Assembly: GCA_937980285.1 (NCBI GenBank)
Contig: CALJQI010000063.1
Span: forward strand, 1-36,383
DNA length: 36,383 nt
From: an uncultured Gammaproteobacteria bacterium
GTDB lineage: Bacteria; Pseudomonadota; Gammaproteobacteria; GCA-001735895
Reading direction: 5' to 3'
How positions within the stretch are numbered: the stretch's first letter is position 1; each line of letters begins with the position of its first letter. Below, in pieces: positions 1 through 9,468 of this stretch. The notes below the pieces were generated by a model that was not told where the DNA came from, ran no database searches, and saw only the letters and a list, made by a program, of their open reading frames with translations. Both the position numbers and the translations under genes were made by a program.

Positions 1-355
1 TCCTGCTGAATCGGAGATCTCAGGGTAATGCTCTCGACGGCACCGACATCATGGGCCAGAAGGCTTGCCAACCGCAAGATCAAAGCCGGCCGGTAAAACT
101 GAATCAAGGGCATACTCCTCGAGCTACCGATTTGAGATCCCCCCATGATAGCGCAGATTTCCGCGATTCATATCTGTCGCATCACAAATACCCGGCATAC
201 ACGCTTGCCATAGCGCCTACAGGCGAATTTCATGCCGATGCCGCCCACAACCTGTCGATGCAGGACTACACCGACCTCGGAAATCTCATGCAAACCCCGA
301 GCGACGGATTATTCCAGGTCGTTCTCTGAACGGGCAACGGCAAAGTCTCCTACGC

Positions 356-931
356 TCAGGGTTTCTTTGCCACCACGCGCGCGCTGGCGACTCGTTCGCC
401 GTCTTGTTCGCCGATTTCGATCGATTCCTCGTACAGCAGCAATTCGAGGCCGGCGACCGCCCCGCGTAACGCACCCGGCGCCACGCGGAAATCGTCGCTG
501 CTCGGCCCGATGACATCTTCGGCGGTGATCAGGTGCTCCTCGCAGACCAGGAACCCGCCGGGCGCCAGACAATCGCACAGCCGCGTAACCAGCTCGAGAT
601 TGACGTACCACATCACCAGGATCACGTCGTAGTCGCCATCGAACTCGAACGGCCGGTCGAAGTCGTGCTCTATCCAGTTGACTTCCACTCCCTGCTCGGT
701 GGCGCTCTGGCCCGCCTTCTTCAGACCCTCGGCGGAAATGTCTATGGCGTCGACGCGGTACCCGGCCGCAGCCAGGAAAATAGCGTTGCGGCCCGCGCCG
801 CAGGCCACGTCGAGCGCCTTGCCAGGAGGCATTTTCGGCAGCCATTCGGCCACCAGGGTCACAGGGTTGTTCTTGCGATAGCTATCCTCCCGATAACGCT
901 GCTGCCACTTGATACGGTCCAGTTCGCTCAT
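356..931 (-). CDS. class I SAM-dependent methyltransferase
   Basis: ORF 356..985. SAM-binding motif I, LDVACGAGRNAIFLAAAGY. Start trimmed to the ATG at 931 (MSELDRIKWQ), which has GGAG about 9 nt upstream and lies 13 nt after the stop of the upstream gene. Confidence 0.75.
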   Translation of the reverse strand: MSELDRIKWQQRYREDSYRKNNPVTLVAEWLPKMPPGKALDVACGAGRNAIFLAAAGYRVDAIDISAEGLKKAGQSATEQGVEVNWIEHDFDRPFEFDGDYDVILVMWYVNLELVTRLCDCLAPGGFLVCEEHLITAEDVIGPSSDDFRVAPGALRGAVAGLELLLYEESIEIGEQDGERVASARVVAKKP

Positions 932-944
932 GAAACAGGCTCCT

Positions 945-3107
945 TCAGTACAGATAGTCGCCGACAATTTCAACCAGGTGATCAACCCAGCGTTCCGGAA
1001 TGCGTTCGATCAATTCCGGCGACAGCTCGAAATCCGGCTCGAACAACCGCTCCATCAGTTGCCCGCTCAGCGCGGGGTCGGAACTGGCGATATTCAGCTC
1101 GCGGTTCAGGCGCAGGCTGAAACGATCGAAATTGGCCGATCCGACGCAGGCCCAGCCGTCGTAAATGGCCGCCTTCACGTGTGAGAATCCGGGATAAATG
1201 TATACCCGAATGCCGTTATCCAGCATCACGTTGACCGCCAGTACGTTGCTGCGGGTTATCGGTCCGTGATCGGTTTCCATCGGCACCACTACGCGCACGT
1301 CCACCCCGCGCCGGCGCGCCAGCACCAGTTCGCGCAGCATGCGATCATCGGTGAAATAAGCGTTCTGGATGTAAATATGGCTCTGCGCCCGGCGTATGGC
1401 CCTCAACTGAGCGTCGTAAATTTCGTAATTTCCCGGTGCGGTGAGCAAGATCCGCATCGGGAATCCGCGCTCGCGGTTGCGCTCGTCGAAAGGCCGGGCA
1501 TGGCCGACCAGGAATCCCAGGTCGCCCATCGGACCCGCGTGCGACCAGGAGATATCGAATTCGCGCGCCAGTTTATCGACCACCGGCCCGCGCAGCTCCA
1601 TCATCAGGTCGTGCCAGTCGTAGCGATACTCGCGCCCGATATTCATACCGCCGACATAGGCGACGTTTTGATCGATCACAATCGATTTGACATGATCACC
1701 GGTGAACCAGGGATTGGTTTTCTGGCGTACCTCGACCTTTGAATCCGATTCCAGGAACCGTCGCACCGAAGGAGGCGGCACGTGAAATTCCGGCAGCGTC
1801 TCGGATTCGGACATGGTTCCGGCGATGGTGCCGAAACCATCGAGCAGCACCCTGACTTCAACGCCTTCGTTGGATCGCCGCTTCAGCAATTCACCTATCT
1901 GTACCGCGTAGTCGTCGTTATCGAATATATAGGTCTGCAGGCGAACCGACTCCTGCGCTATCGTCAGGCTGTCGATAAAGCGCGGGAAGAACTCTTCGCC
2001 ATCCACCAGCAACTCGACACTGCCGCTCGTCTGCGGGCGGCTGCCAACCCGGTCTAGCTCGAGCTCCCATTGCCGAAGGTCCATCGGCGGCAGGTCGGCG
2101 AGCGGCGGAACCGGCTTTTCGGCGAGACCGGTGGCCCAGTCGAAACGTACCGTCGCCACCGCGGTATCGGTGACCACGAAGAACAGGCGGTATAGCGACG
2201 ATACCGGTCGCAGCAGCAAATTACTCAGGTGGCTGCGCGTCAGGTGCCCGAAAGCCTGGCTATTGCGCACGCCGGCCATGCGCGTGACCGCAACCGGCTC
2301 CAGCGGCAGGTTTCTGACGAACACCAGCAGTTTGAGCTCGGTGTTTACATAGAGAAACGGCAACGAATACCAGCCGGCGTCACCGGTGTTGAATACGAAT
2401 TCGGTTTCGGTAATACCCTGCTGCAGCAGGTACTGCTGCAGTATCGGGCGCCCGCGGCGCATGAACTCGTCGAACTGCAGCACCGATTGAACCCGGTAAT
2501 TGGGCGGTTTGTCCTGCAGGCGGCTAACCCAGAGTTCGCCGCTCGGATCGTTATATAGAAAATATTCCGCATGCCCGAAATCGACTACCACGCCGGTACC
2601 ATCGTTGGGCACCACGCTGCGCAGCAGGCGATCCCTCAACAACTGCCATTGATCGGCGCCGAAGATCGGAATTTCAACGGCCTCGGCCGGCAAGCCTTGC
2701 CAGGGTTCAGACTGGCGATACTGCATCGGCACCAGGGTTGGCACGGCAAAATTCGCGGCTGGCGTGCCCGGCCGCTCTACCAGTTCGACGCGTTCGCTCC
2801 AGTTACCGCCGCTGTAATATATACGCCCGCCAAGCTGATACTTGACATAAAAATGCCCGTCGCCCCGATAGCCTTCTAGTGCAACCATCGGCAGGGTTTC
2901 CAGCTCCGAACTGTCATCCAGAACCGACAGATTCGACGACCCGCTGGCGCAGCCGGCGAGCAGCAAAATGCCGGCCACAAGCAGCGACGGCAATATCGGC
3001 GGGCGCTCGACGTTCGAACGCCGGCCACGATCCTTCGGTTCACAGGAGCCGACTTGCGCAAGCCATTTCATCTGTACATCATGGCAAACGGGCATCCGCT
3101 TTGACAA
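945..3107 (-). CDS. phospholipase D / cardiolipin-synthase-family lipoprotein with a large N-terminal domain of unknown function
   Basis: Two HKD motifs: HVKSIVIDQNVAYVGGMNIG and HVKAAIYDGWACVGSANFD. Lipobox LLLAGC|ASGS near the N-terminus. Start is uncertain: TTG 3107, ATG 3095 or ATG 3071. Confidence 0.8.
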   Translation of the reverse strand: MSKRMPVCHDVQMKWLAQVGSCEPKDRGRRSNVERPPILPSLLVAGILLLAGCASGSSNLSVLDDSSELETLPMVALEGYRGDGHFYVKYQLGGRIYYSGGNWSERVELVERPGTPAANFAVPTLVPMQYRQSEPWQGLPAEAVEIPIFGADQWQLLRDRLLRSVVPNDGTGVVVDFGHAEYFLYNDPSGELWVSRLQDKPPNYRVQSVLQFDEFMRRGRPILQQYLLQQGITETEFVFNTGDAGWYSLPFLYVNTELKLLVFVRNLPLEPVAVTRMAGVRNSQAFGHLTRSHLSNLLLRPVSSLYRLFFVVTDTAVATVRFDWATGLAEKPVPPLADLPPMDLRQWELELDRVGSRPQTSGSVELLVDGEEFFPRFIDSLTIAQESVRLQTYIFDNDDYAVQIGELLKRRSNEGVEVRVLLDGFGTIAGTMSESETLPEFHVPPPSVRRFLESDSKVEVRQKTNPWFTGDHVKSIVIDQNVAYVGGMNIGREYRYDWHDLMMELRGPVVDKLAREFDISWSHAGPMGDLGFLVGHARPFDERNRERGFPMRILLTAPGNYEIYDAQLRAIRRAQSHIYIQNAYFTDDRMLRELVLARRRGVDVRVVVPMETDHGPITRSNVLAVNVMLDNGIRVYIYPGFSHVKAAIYDGWACVGSANFDRFSLRLNRELNIASSDPALSGQLMERLFEPDFELSPELIERIPERWVDHLVEIVGDYLY

Positions 3108-3256
3108 TGACGCCGATCAATAACGCAACGCCGGCAAGATCTCGAGTCGCCGATTTCGCTGCAACAAAATAAACAGACGTCATCCCGCGTAACCGGGAAT
3201 CCGGTAATGATGGCGCCGTCACAACCCCCGGCTTGCCCGGAGATGACGGCCAGGCT

Positions 3257-3823
3257 CTAGGTTACACCGCGGTCGATCAGGTACTTGCTGTACTGCTTGT
3301 CGGTGCCGTTGATGTGATTGATGAGCCAGTTGCGCAGAAAATCGATCGCGTTTTGCATCGCGGTATCCGGATTTTTCTGGTACTCGACCAGCACCTGCTC
3401 CACCCTGGCGATCATCAGCTCATGCTCGGCTCTGTGCGTGGTAAAATCCGGGTAATCATTCTTTTCCATCAGGTCTTCTTCGTAACTGAAGTGGGTTTTG
3501 GTGTAATCCACCAGCGCATCCAGCGCCTCTTGCTCGTAATCCGCGCCGGCCGAATAATCAATCGCGGTCTGCAGGCTGTTGATCAGGCCGATCAGCTTCT
3601 TGTGCTGGCGGTCGATGGAATCGATGCCGACGCTGTATTCATCCTTCCATTCGACATACTGCCTGGCGGTCAACTTGCGGTGCAGGAACGGCAATAACAC
3701 CACCAGCGCCACCAGTAACCAGGTCAAAGGATTCGACGGGCTGCTGACAAGCCCCAAAATGGCCGCCGTGATCAACGTCAGGATCAATATGGCGACACCA
3801 AACATTCGTACTTTGTTGTTCAT
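3257..3823 (-). CDS. membrane-anchored bacteriohemerythrin (hemerythrin-like metal-binding domain)
   Basis: Di-iron ligand motifs: DRQHKKL, HFSYEE, HRAEHEL and WLINHINGTDKQY. Two N-terminal hydrophobic segments. Start set to the ATG at 3823 (MNNKVRMFG) with GAGG upstream. Confidence 0.85.
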   Translation of the reverse strand: MNNKVRMFGVAILILTLITAAILGLVSSPSNPLTWLLVALVVLLPFLHRKLTARQYVEWKDEYSVGIDSIDRQHKKLIGLINSLQTAIDYSAGADYEQEALDALVDYTKTHFSYEEDLMEKNDYPDFTTHRAEHELMIARVEQVLVEYQKNPDTAMQNAIDFLRNWLINHINGTDKQYSKYLIDRGVT

Positions 3824-3896
3824 TCGACCGGCCTCGTTACCGCCTCGGAAACATACATGACAACGGGATTCTAGCCGACCCGACACCGCGATGTGG

Positions 3897-3910
3897 TTGA
3901 CATTTATCAA
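3897..3910. promoter_or_regulatory. FNR/Anr/Dnr-type binding box shared by divergent promoters
   Basis: TTGACATTTATCAA matches 9/10 of the consensus TTGAT-N4-ATCAA. A -10-like AATAAT (3933-3938, + strand) and a TAGAAT (3873->3868, - strand) each lie 32-33 bp from the box centre. That is class II (-41.5) geometry in both directions. Confidence 0.7.
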
Positions 3911-4025
3911 ATACAAATTCGGGCCGACTATCAATAATAACGCTCAATTATCAGAGTTACGTTAAAAAAACAGCAATTCGATAAAAAAGGTCCTGAATTT
4001 CAGACCATTACGGCAGGTACATTGT

Positions 4026-4832
4026 ATGACAACGAAAGGTTTTGTTTCACTGGTCGGCGCCGGTCCCGGCGACCCTGAATTGCTCACCATGAAAGCGCTT
4101 CGCCTGATCCACCAGGCCGATGTCGTGGTTTACGACCGCCTTGTCAGCCCGGAAATCATGAACATGGTGCCGCACGGCGTAAGCCAGATTTCAGTCGGCA
4201 AATCACCCGGCAAGCATTGCGTGCCACAGGACCAGATCAATGAAACTCTCGTCGGACTGGCATCCTCGGGTCGGCGCGTAGTGCGGCTCAAGGGTGGCGA
4301 CCCCTATATTTTCGGGCGCGGCGGCGAAGAAGCACTGGTGCTGCGGCAGCACGGCATCCCGTTCGAAGTCGTACCCGGCGTTACCGCCGCGGCAGGCTGC
4401 AGCGCCTATAGCGGCATTCCGCTGACCCATCGAGGCCTCAATCACGGCGTGCGTTTCGTTACCGGCCACCTGCAAAACGACGACAAACTCGATATCGACT
4501 GGAACAAGCTCGCCGACCCCGACTGTACCCTGGTGATCTACATGGGGCTCGCCAACCTGCGGGAAATCTGCGGCCAGCTGATCGACGCCGGCCTGCCCGC
4601 GGCCACGGCCGCGGCCGCCATTCACGGCGGCACCACCCGCGAACAGCAAAAGGTCATTTCAAGCCTCGCCGAACTCGCCGACGCGGTGGAAAGCGCCTGC
4701 ATGAAGTCGCCGGCCACGATCATCATCGGAGAGGTGGTGACGCTCAGCGACGAACTCGACTGGTTCGATCCCGCCAGCCGCAGCAGCGCCGAGATTACAA
4801 GCTATGAAAGCTATCACCTGGCTCGCGCTTAG
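4026..4832 (+). CDS. nirE: uroporphyrinogen-III C-methyltransferase (SUMT; heme d1 pathway NirE/CobA type)
   Basis: VSLVGAGPGDPELLTMKALRLIHQADVVVYDRLVS and GGDPYIFGRGGEE motifs. First gene of the nir d1 cluster. Confidence 0.9.
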   Translation: MTTKGFVSLVGAGPGDPELLTMKALRLIHQADVVVYDRLVSPEIMNMVPHGVSQISVGKSPGKHCVPQDQINETLVGLASSGRRVVRLKGGDPYIFGRGGEEALVLRQHGIPFEVVPGVTAAAGCSAYSGIPLTHRGLNHGVRFVTGHLQNDDKLDIDWNKLADPDCTLVIYMGLANLREICGQLIDAGLPAATAAAAIHGGTTREQQKVISSLAELADAVESACMKSPATIIIGEVVTLSDELDWFDPASRSSAEITSYESYHLARA

Positions 4833-5127
4833 TCTTATCCTGTCGGCATCGCCCGTTGCCGCCGCGGATGGCATCAGCGGCGAGCGCGAACAGGAATTGC
4901 AAAACCTGCTAATCCAGGACTGCGGCTCCTGTCATGGCCTGCAGATGAAGGGCGGGCTGGGGCCCGCGTTGCTGCCGGAAGCGTTACGCGGCAAATCCGC
5001 CGAATACCTGAGCACGGTCATCCTGCACGGCAGAACCGGAACCGCGATGCCGCCCTGGCGATTCCTGCTGTCAGAAGCGGAAGCGCGATGGATGGCCGAG
5101 CGCCTGCTGCAGGGGGTAACGCAATGA
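4804..5127 (+). CDS. nirC: periplasmic mono-heme cytochrome c (c55X, NirC-like)
   Basis: Signal peptide, CGSCHG heme motif and a distal Met (GTAMPPW). Position between nirE and nirF. Overlaps the nirE 3' end. Confidence 0.8.
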   Translation: MKAITWLALSLILSASPVAAADGISGEREQELQNLLIQDCGSCHGLQMKGGLGPALLPEALRGKSAEYLSTVILHGRTGTAMPPWRFLLSEAEARWMAERLLQGVTQ

Positions 5128-6290
5128 TCAGGGTTATCGCCAGCCTGGCCTTTCTGTTATTGATCAACACCCCGGCGATGGCACGCGGCACCGGCGATCT
5201 GGGCCTGTTTATCGAACGCGCCAGCAGTAGCGTGCAAATCGTCGAAACCAGCAGCAACACCAGTATCGGCAGCGTCGCCGGGCTCGGCGACCTGTCGCAC
5301 GCCTCGGTGGTCTACTCACGCGACCAGCGTTACGCCTACATCTTCGGGCGCGACGGCGGACTGACCAAGGTCGACATTCTCAAAGCCGAAATCAGCCAGC
5401 GCAAGCTGCAGTCGGGCAACAGTATCGGCGGCGCGATCTCGCAGGACGGCCGCCTGGTCGCGGTATCCAACTACAAGCCCGGCGGCGTCAAGGTGTTCGA
5501 TGCCGATACGCTCGAGCTGGTGGCCGACATTCCCGCCACATTCGGCGACAACAATCAACGTTCCAAGGTCATCGGGCTGGTCGACGCGCCCGAGGGCAAG
5601 TTCGTGTTCGCGCTGTGGGACGCCGGTGAAATCTGGGTACTCGACATGAGCCAGCGCGACCGGCCTGTCATCGAAAAATTCAAAAACATCGGGCGCAACC
5701 CTTATGACGCGCTGATTACCGGCGACGGGCGTTATTACATAGCCGGCCTGTTCGGCGAAGACGGCATGGCGATGCTGGACCTGTGGAACCCGTCGGCCGG
5801 GGTTAAACGCATTCTGCCGGACTACGGCAAAGGCGAACAGAAACTGCCGGTTTTCAAGATGCCGCACCTGGAAGGCTGGGCGGTCGCCGGCGATCTCGCT
5901 TTCGTGCCGGCGATCGGCGCTCACGAGGTACTGGTAATCAATATGCGCGACTGGCAGGAGGCCGGCCGCATCAAGGTGCACGGCCAGCCGATTTTCGTCA
6001 TGGCACGCCCCGACGGTCGCCAGGTGTGGGTTAATTTCGCCATTCCCAACAACGATACCATCCAGGTAATCGACACCCAGACGCTTGCCGTAATCAAGCA
6101 ACTCAAGCCCGGCAAGGGCGTGTTGCACATGGAATTCGAGCCCCGCGGCGAGGAAGTCTGGCTATCGGTGCGCGACGAGAACCGGGTCGAGGTTTACGAT
6201 ACCCGCAGCTTCGAACGCCGCAACACAATCCCGGCCACCAAACCCAGCGGCATATTCTTTACCGCGCGCGCGCACAGGATCGGGCTATGA
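5124..6290 (+). CDS. nirF: cytochrome d1-domain protein NirF (heme d1 biosynthesis)
   Basis: About 390-aa beta-propeller-like protein with a signal sequence (MIRVIASLAFLLLINTPAMA). The ATG at 5124 overlaps the nirC stop (ATGA). Position matches the nirCFDLGHJ order of Pseudomonas. Confidence 0.8.
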   Translation: MIRVIASLAFLLLINTPAMARGTGDLGLFIERASSSVQIVETSSNTSIGSVAGLGDLSHASVVYSRDQRYAYIFGRDGGLTKVDILKAEISQRKLQSGNSIGGAISQDGRLVAVSNYKPGGVKVFDADTLELVADIPATFGDNNQRSKVIGLVDAPEGKFVFALWDAGEIWVLDMSQRDRPVIEKFKNIGRNPYDALITGDGRYYIAGLFGEDGMAMLDLWNPSAGVKRILPDYGKGEQKLPVFKMPHLEGWAVAGDLAFVPAIGAHEVLVINMRDWQEAGRIKVHGQPIFVMARPDGRQVWVNFAIPNNDTIQVIDTQTLAVIKQLKPGKGVLHMEFEPRGEEVWLSVRDENRVEVYDTRSFERRNTIPATKPSGIFFTARAHRIGL

Positions 6291-6745
6291 GACAGTTTTC
6301 CAAACTGGAGCAACGCCTGCTCAACGAATTCCAGCAGGGCATGCCGCTGACGCCGAATCCCTACGCCGATATCGCAAGGCAGCTGGGAGTTTACGAAACC
6401 ACGGTACTGGAAACGCTCTCTCGCCTGCAGACCGAAGGCGTAATCAGCCGAGTCGGCGCCGTGTTTCGACCCAATCGCGTCGGCGCCAGCACGCTGGCGG
6501 CAATGACGGTTCCGGAAAGCGAAGTCGAAGCGGTTGCCGCCATCATCAATGATTTCGACGAGGTTAATCACAACTACGAGCGTGAACACGAATTCAACCT
6601 GTGGTTCGTGGTAGTCGCGGAGGACGAAGACCGACTGCAGGCGGTGCTTGCGGAAATCGAAGCGGCCTGCGGTTACGCGGTGATGGACCTGCCGCTGGAA
6701 GACGAGTTTTTTATCGACCTGGGGTTTGATCTGAAATGGACATGA
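6287..6745 (+). CDS. nirD: siroheme decarboxylase subunit NirD (AsnC/Lrp-like)
   Basis: LLNEFQQGMPLTPNPYADIA N-terminal HTH-like module and the HNYEREHEFNLWFVV motif. ATGA overlap with nirF. Confidence 0.85.
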   Translation: MRQFSKLEQRLLNEFQQGMPLTPNPYADIARQLGVYETTVLETLSRLQTEGVISRVGAVFRPNRVGASTLAAMTVPESEVEAVAAIINDFDEVNHNYEREHEFNLWFVVVAEDEDRLQAVLAEIEAACGYAVMDLPLEDEFFIDLGFDLKWT

Positions 6746-7272
6746 TCAAGGACACCGCCTTCGAATGCGCGCTGATCGAGATCATCAGCAAGGGCCTGCC
6801 GCTGGTGAGCCATCCCTACGCGGCTATTGCCGAACAGCTCGGCAGCAGCGAGGCCGAGGTCATCGACGGCATCCAGCGCATTATGATGCGCGGCGACCTG
6901 AAGCGGTTCGGCGTCGTCGTCAGGCATCGCCAGCTGGGCTATCGCGCCAACGGCATGGTGGTATGGGATATTCCTGACGATCGCGTCAAGGAAGTCGGTC
7001 ACTGCCTCGGCCAGTACAGCTTCGTAACCCTTTGCTATCAGCGCCCGCGCCGGCTTCCGGACTGGCGTTACAACCTGTTCAGCATGATTCACGGCCAGGA
7101 TCGCGACGCGGTCGCCGAACAGGTAGAGCTGGTCGTCGAACAATGCGGCCTGCAGGGCATCGATCACCAGATACTGTTCAGCCGTCGTTGCTTCAAGCAG
7201 CGCGGCGCCAGTTACAGCCGCCGGCAGTCCGGCGAGTTCGGCAGCCGCCGTGGAACCGCCCTCAGTGGATGA
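6736..7272 (+). CDS. nirL: siroheme decarboxylase subunit NirL
   Basis: IISKGLPLVSHPYAAIA module and a PDWRYNLFSMIHG motif paralogous to NirD/G/H. Overlaps neighbours on both sides. Confidence 0.8.
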   Translation: MDMIKDTAFECALIEIISKGLPLVSHPYAAIAEQLGSSEAEVIDGIQRIMMRGDLKRFGVVVRHRQLGYRANGMVVWDIPDDRVKEVGHCLGQYSFVTLCYQRPRRLPDWRYNLFSMIHGQDRDAVAEQVELVVEQCGLQGIDHQILFSRRCFKQRGASYSRRQSGEFGSRRGTALSG

Positions 7273-8242
7273 GCTGGCGCGACAGTTTCTCAATCGCTAC
7301 CAGGGCGGTTTTCCGATTGCCGAACAGCCTTTCGTCGACATCGCCGAAGCGCTCGAGACCGATGTCGAAACGCTGATCGACAGCATCCGGCAACTGCTGC
7401 AGGACGGCACGCTAAGCCGCTTCGGTCCGCTTTACGATGCGGCCAGCATGGGCGGCAGTATTACGCTGGCCGCCCTGTCGGTACCGCAGGAGCGCTTCGA
7501 CGAGGTGGCGGAAATGGTAAACGCCATGCCCGAGGTGGCGCATAATTACCAGCGCGAGCACGAACTCAACATGTGGTTTGTCATCGCCACCGAGTCCCCT
7601 GAACTGCTGCAACAGGCGATCGGCCAGATCGAGCAAACCGCCAACCTGCCGGTTTACAACTTCCCCAAGCTGCAGACTTTTTATCTCGGCCTGCAGATAT
7701 CGCTGGACCAGGCGGGCAATGTCGGCACGCAACCGATTCCGGGCCCGCTGAAACAGGGCGGCATGATCATCGATGAACTCGATCGCAGCATCGTACGGGC
7801 GACCCAGGAAGGCTTGCCGGTACAGAAAGCGCCCTATACCGAGATCGCCTCGATATGCGGCTGCGACACCGACACCGTGCTGCGGCGCATGCGGCGCATG
7901 ATCGACCGCGGCGTGATCCGGCGCATCGGCGCGATTCCGAACCATTATCGCCTGGGGCTGCACGGCAACGGCATGTCGGTGTGGGACGTCAATGACGACA
8001 AGCTGGCGGAACTCGGCGCGCGCGTCGGCCGCCTGGATTTTGTCAGCCACTGCTATGAACGCCCGCGCCACCTGCCGCGCTGGCCCTATAACCTGTTTGC
8101 AATGGTGCACGGCCACGACCGCGACGAAGTAACCGACAAACTGAGCGAAATAGCCAGCCTGCTAGGCTCCGACTGCCGGCAACACGATGTGCTTTTCAGC
8201 ACCCGAATACTCAAGAAAACCGGATTGAGGTTAGTAGACTAA
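7250..8242 (+). CDS. nirGH: fused siroheme decarboxylase subunits NirG-NirH
   Basis: 330 aa carrying two tandem NirD-like modules: FLNRYQGGFPIAEQPF...HNYQREHELNMWFVI, then IVRATQEGLPVQKAPY...PRWPYNLFAMVHG. Start is GTG 7250, or possibly GTG 7265. Confidence 0.8.
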   Translation: MEPPSVDELARQFLNRYQGGFPIAEQPFVDIAEALETDVETLIDSIRQLLQDGTLSRFGPLYDAASMGGSITLAALSVPQERFDEVAEMVNAMPEVAHNYQREHELNMWFVIATESPELLQQAIGQIEQTANLPVYNFPKLQTFYLGLQISLDQAGNVGTQPIPGPLKQGGMIIDELDRSIVRATQEGLPVQKAPYTEIASICGCDTDTVLRRMRRMIDRGVIRRIGAIPNHYRLGLHGNGMSVWDVNDDKLAELGARVGRLDFVSHCYERPRHLPRWPYNLFAMVHGHDRDEVTDKLSEIASLLGSDCRQHDVLFSTRILKKTGLRLVD

Positions 8243-9468
8243 TGTTTAGATTAAGCCGCTATATGCATGCCCTGAACCAGGGCGCAATCGTACCGCCAAA
8301 ACCGAAATCCGTAATGCAGGGCAGCGGCCCGGTGGTAATCTGGAACCTGATCAGGCGTTGCAACCTGACCTGCAAACACTGCTACGCGACTTCGGCGGAT
8401 ATCGACTTTCCCGGCGAACTCGACACCGAAGAGGTATACGCGGTGATGGACGACCTCAAGGCCTTCGGCGTTTCGGTGCTCATCCTGTCGGGCGGCGAGC
8501 CACTGTTACGCCCCGATATCTTCGATATCTCACGGCGCGCCAAGGAGATGGGCTTTTACGTTGGCCTGTCGAGCAACGGCACCCTGATTACCGAAGACAA
8601 CATTGCGGCAATCGACGCCATCGGCTATGACTACGTCGGCGTCAGCCTCGACGGCATGCGCGACACCCACGACTGCTTCCGCCGCAAACAGGGCGCTTTC
8701 GACGAGTCCATGCACGGCATCCGCCTTTGCCGCGAAATCGGCATCAAGGTCGGCTTGCGCTTTACCCTGACCCAGGACAACGCCGCTGAACTGCCCGAGC
8801 TGCTGCAGCTGATGAAAGACGAACAGATCGACAAGTTTTACCTGTCGCATCTGAACTATGCCGGCCGCGGTAACCGCAACCGCGACAGCGATTTGCACCA
8901 CCAGATGACGCGCAATGCGATGGACCTGATGTTCGAAACCTGCTGGCGGGACGTCGAGGACGGCATCCGGCGCGAATTCGTCACCGGCAACAACGATGCC
9001 GATGGCGTTTACCTTTTGCAATGGGCCGAAAAGCATATCCCGCAACATATCGAAACCCTGCGCAAGCAACTGCTGCGCTGGGGCGGAAACTCTTCTGGTA
9101 TCAATATCGCCAACATCGACAATCTCGGCACCGTGCATCCGGACACCATGTGGTGGGATTACAGCATCGGTAACGTCAAGCAGCGGCCGTTTTCGGAAAT
9201 CTGGCAGGATACTTCGGATCCGCTGATGGCGGGACTGAAATCCGCCCAGCGCCCGCTCGAGGGCCGTTGCGCCGAATGCCAGCACCTGTCTATCTGCGGC
9301 GGCAATTCGCGCACCCGCGCCTGGCAACTAACCGGTAATCCCTGGGCGGAAGATCCGGGCTGTTATCTCAGTGACGAAGAAATCGGGGTCATCGATATGC
9401 CGCAAAGGGTCGAGCTGACGCCCTACCGACGGCTCGAGGAAGCGCAAAAGGAGCTGCAGTCTTCCTAG
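8242..9468 (+). CDS. nirJ: radical SAM heme d1 biosynthesis protein NirJ
   Basis: CNLTCKHCY radical-SAM cluster motif and a C-terminal Cys-rich SPASM-like region (CAECQHLSICGG). The ATG overlaps the nirGH stop. Confidence 0.9.
   Translation: MFRLSRYMHALNQGAIVPPKPKSVMQGSGPVVIWNLIRRCNLTCKHCYATSADIDFPGELDTEEVYAVMDDLKAFGVSVLILSGGEPLLRPDIFDISRRAKEMGFYVGLSSNGTLITEDNIAAIDAIGYDYVGVSLDGMRDTHDCFRRKQGAFDESMHGIRLCREIGIKVGLRFTLTQDNAAELPELLQLMKDEQIDKFYLSHLNYAGRGNRNRDSDLHHQMTRNAMDLMFETCWRDVEDGIRREFVTGNNDADGVYLLQWAEKHIPQHIETLRKQLLRWGGNSSGINIANIDNLGTVHPDTMWWDYSIGNVKQRPFSEIWQDTSDPLMAGLKSAQRPLEGRCAECQHLSICGGNSRTRAWQLTGNPWAEDPGCYLSDEEIGVIDMPQRVELTPYRRLEEAQKELQSS

Noticed and set aside
1-329. ORF 51..329 (+, 92 aa), and a possible gene 5' end on the minus strand (ATG at 113 running off the left edge).
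   Set aside because: Neither has a recognisable motif. The plus ORF lacks an SD. The minus ORF's GAGGAG lies only 1 nt from the ATG and just 37 codons are visible, which is not enough to support a call.
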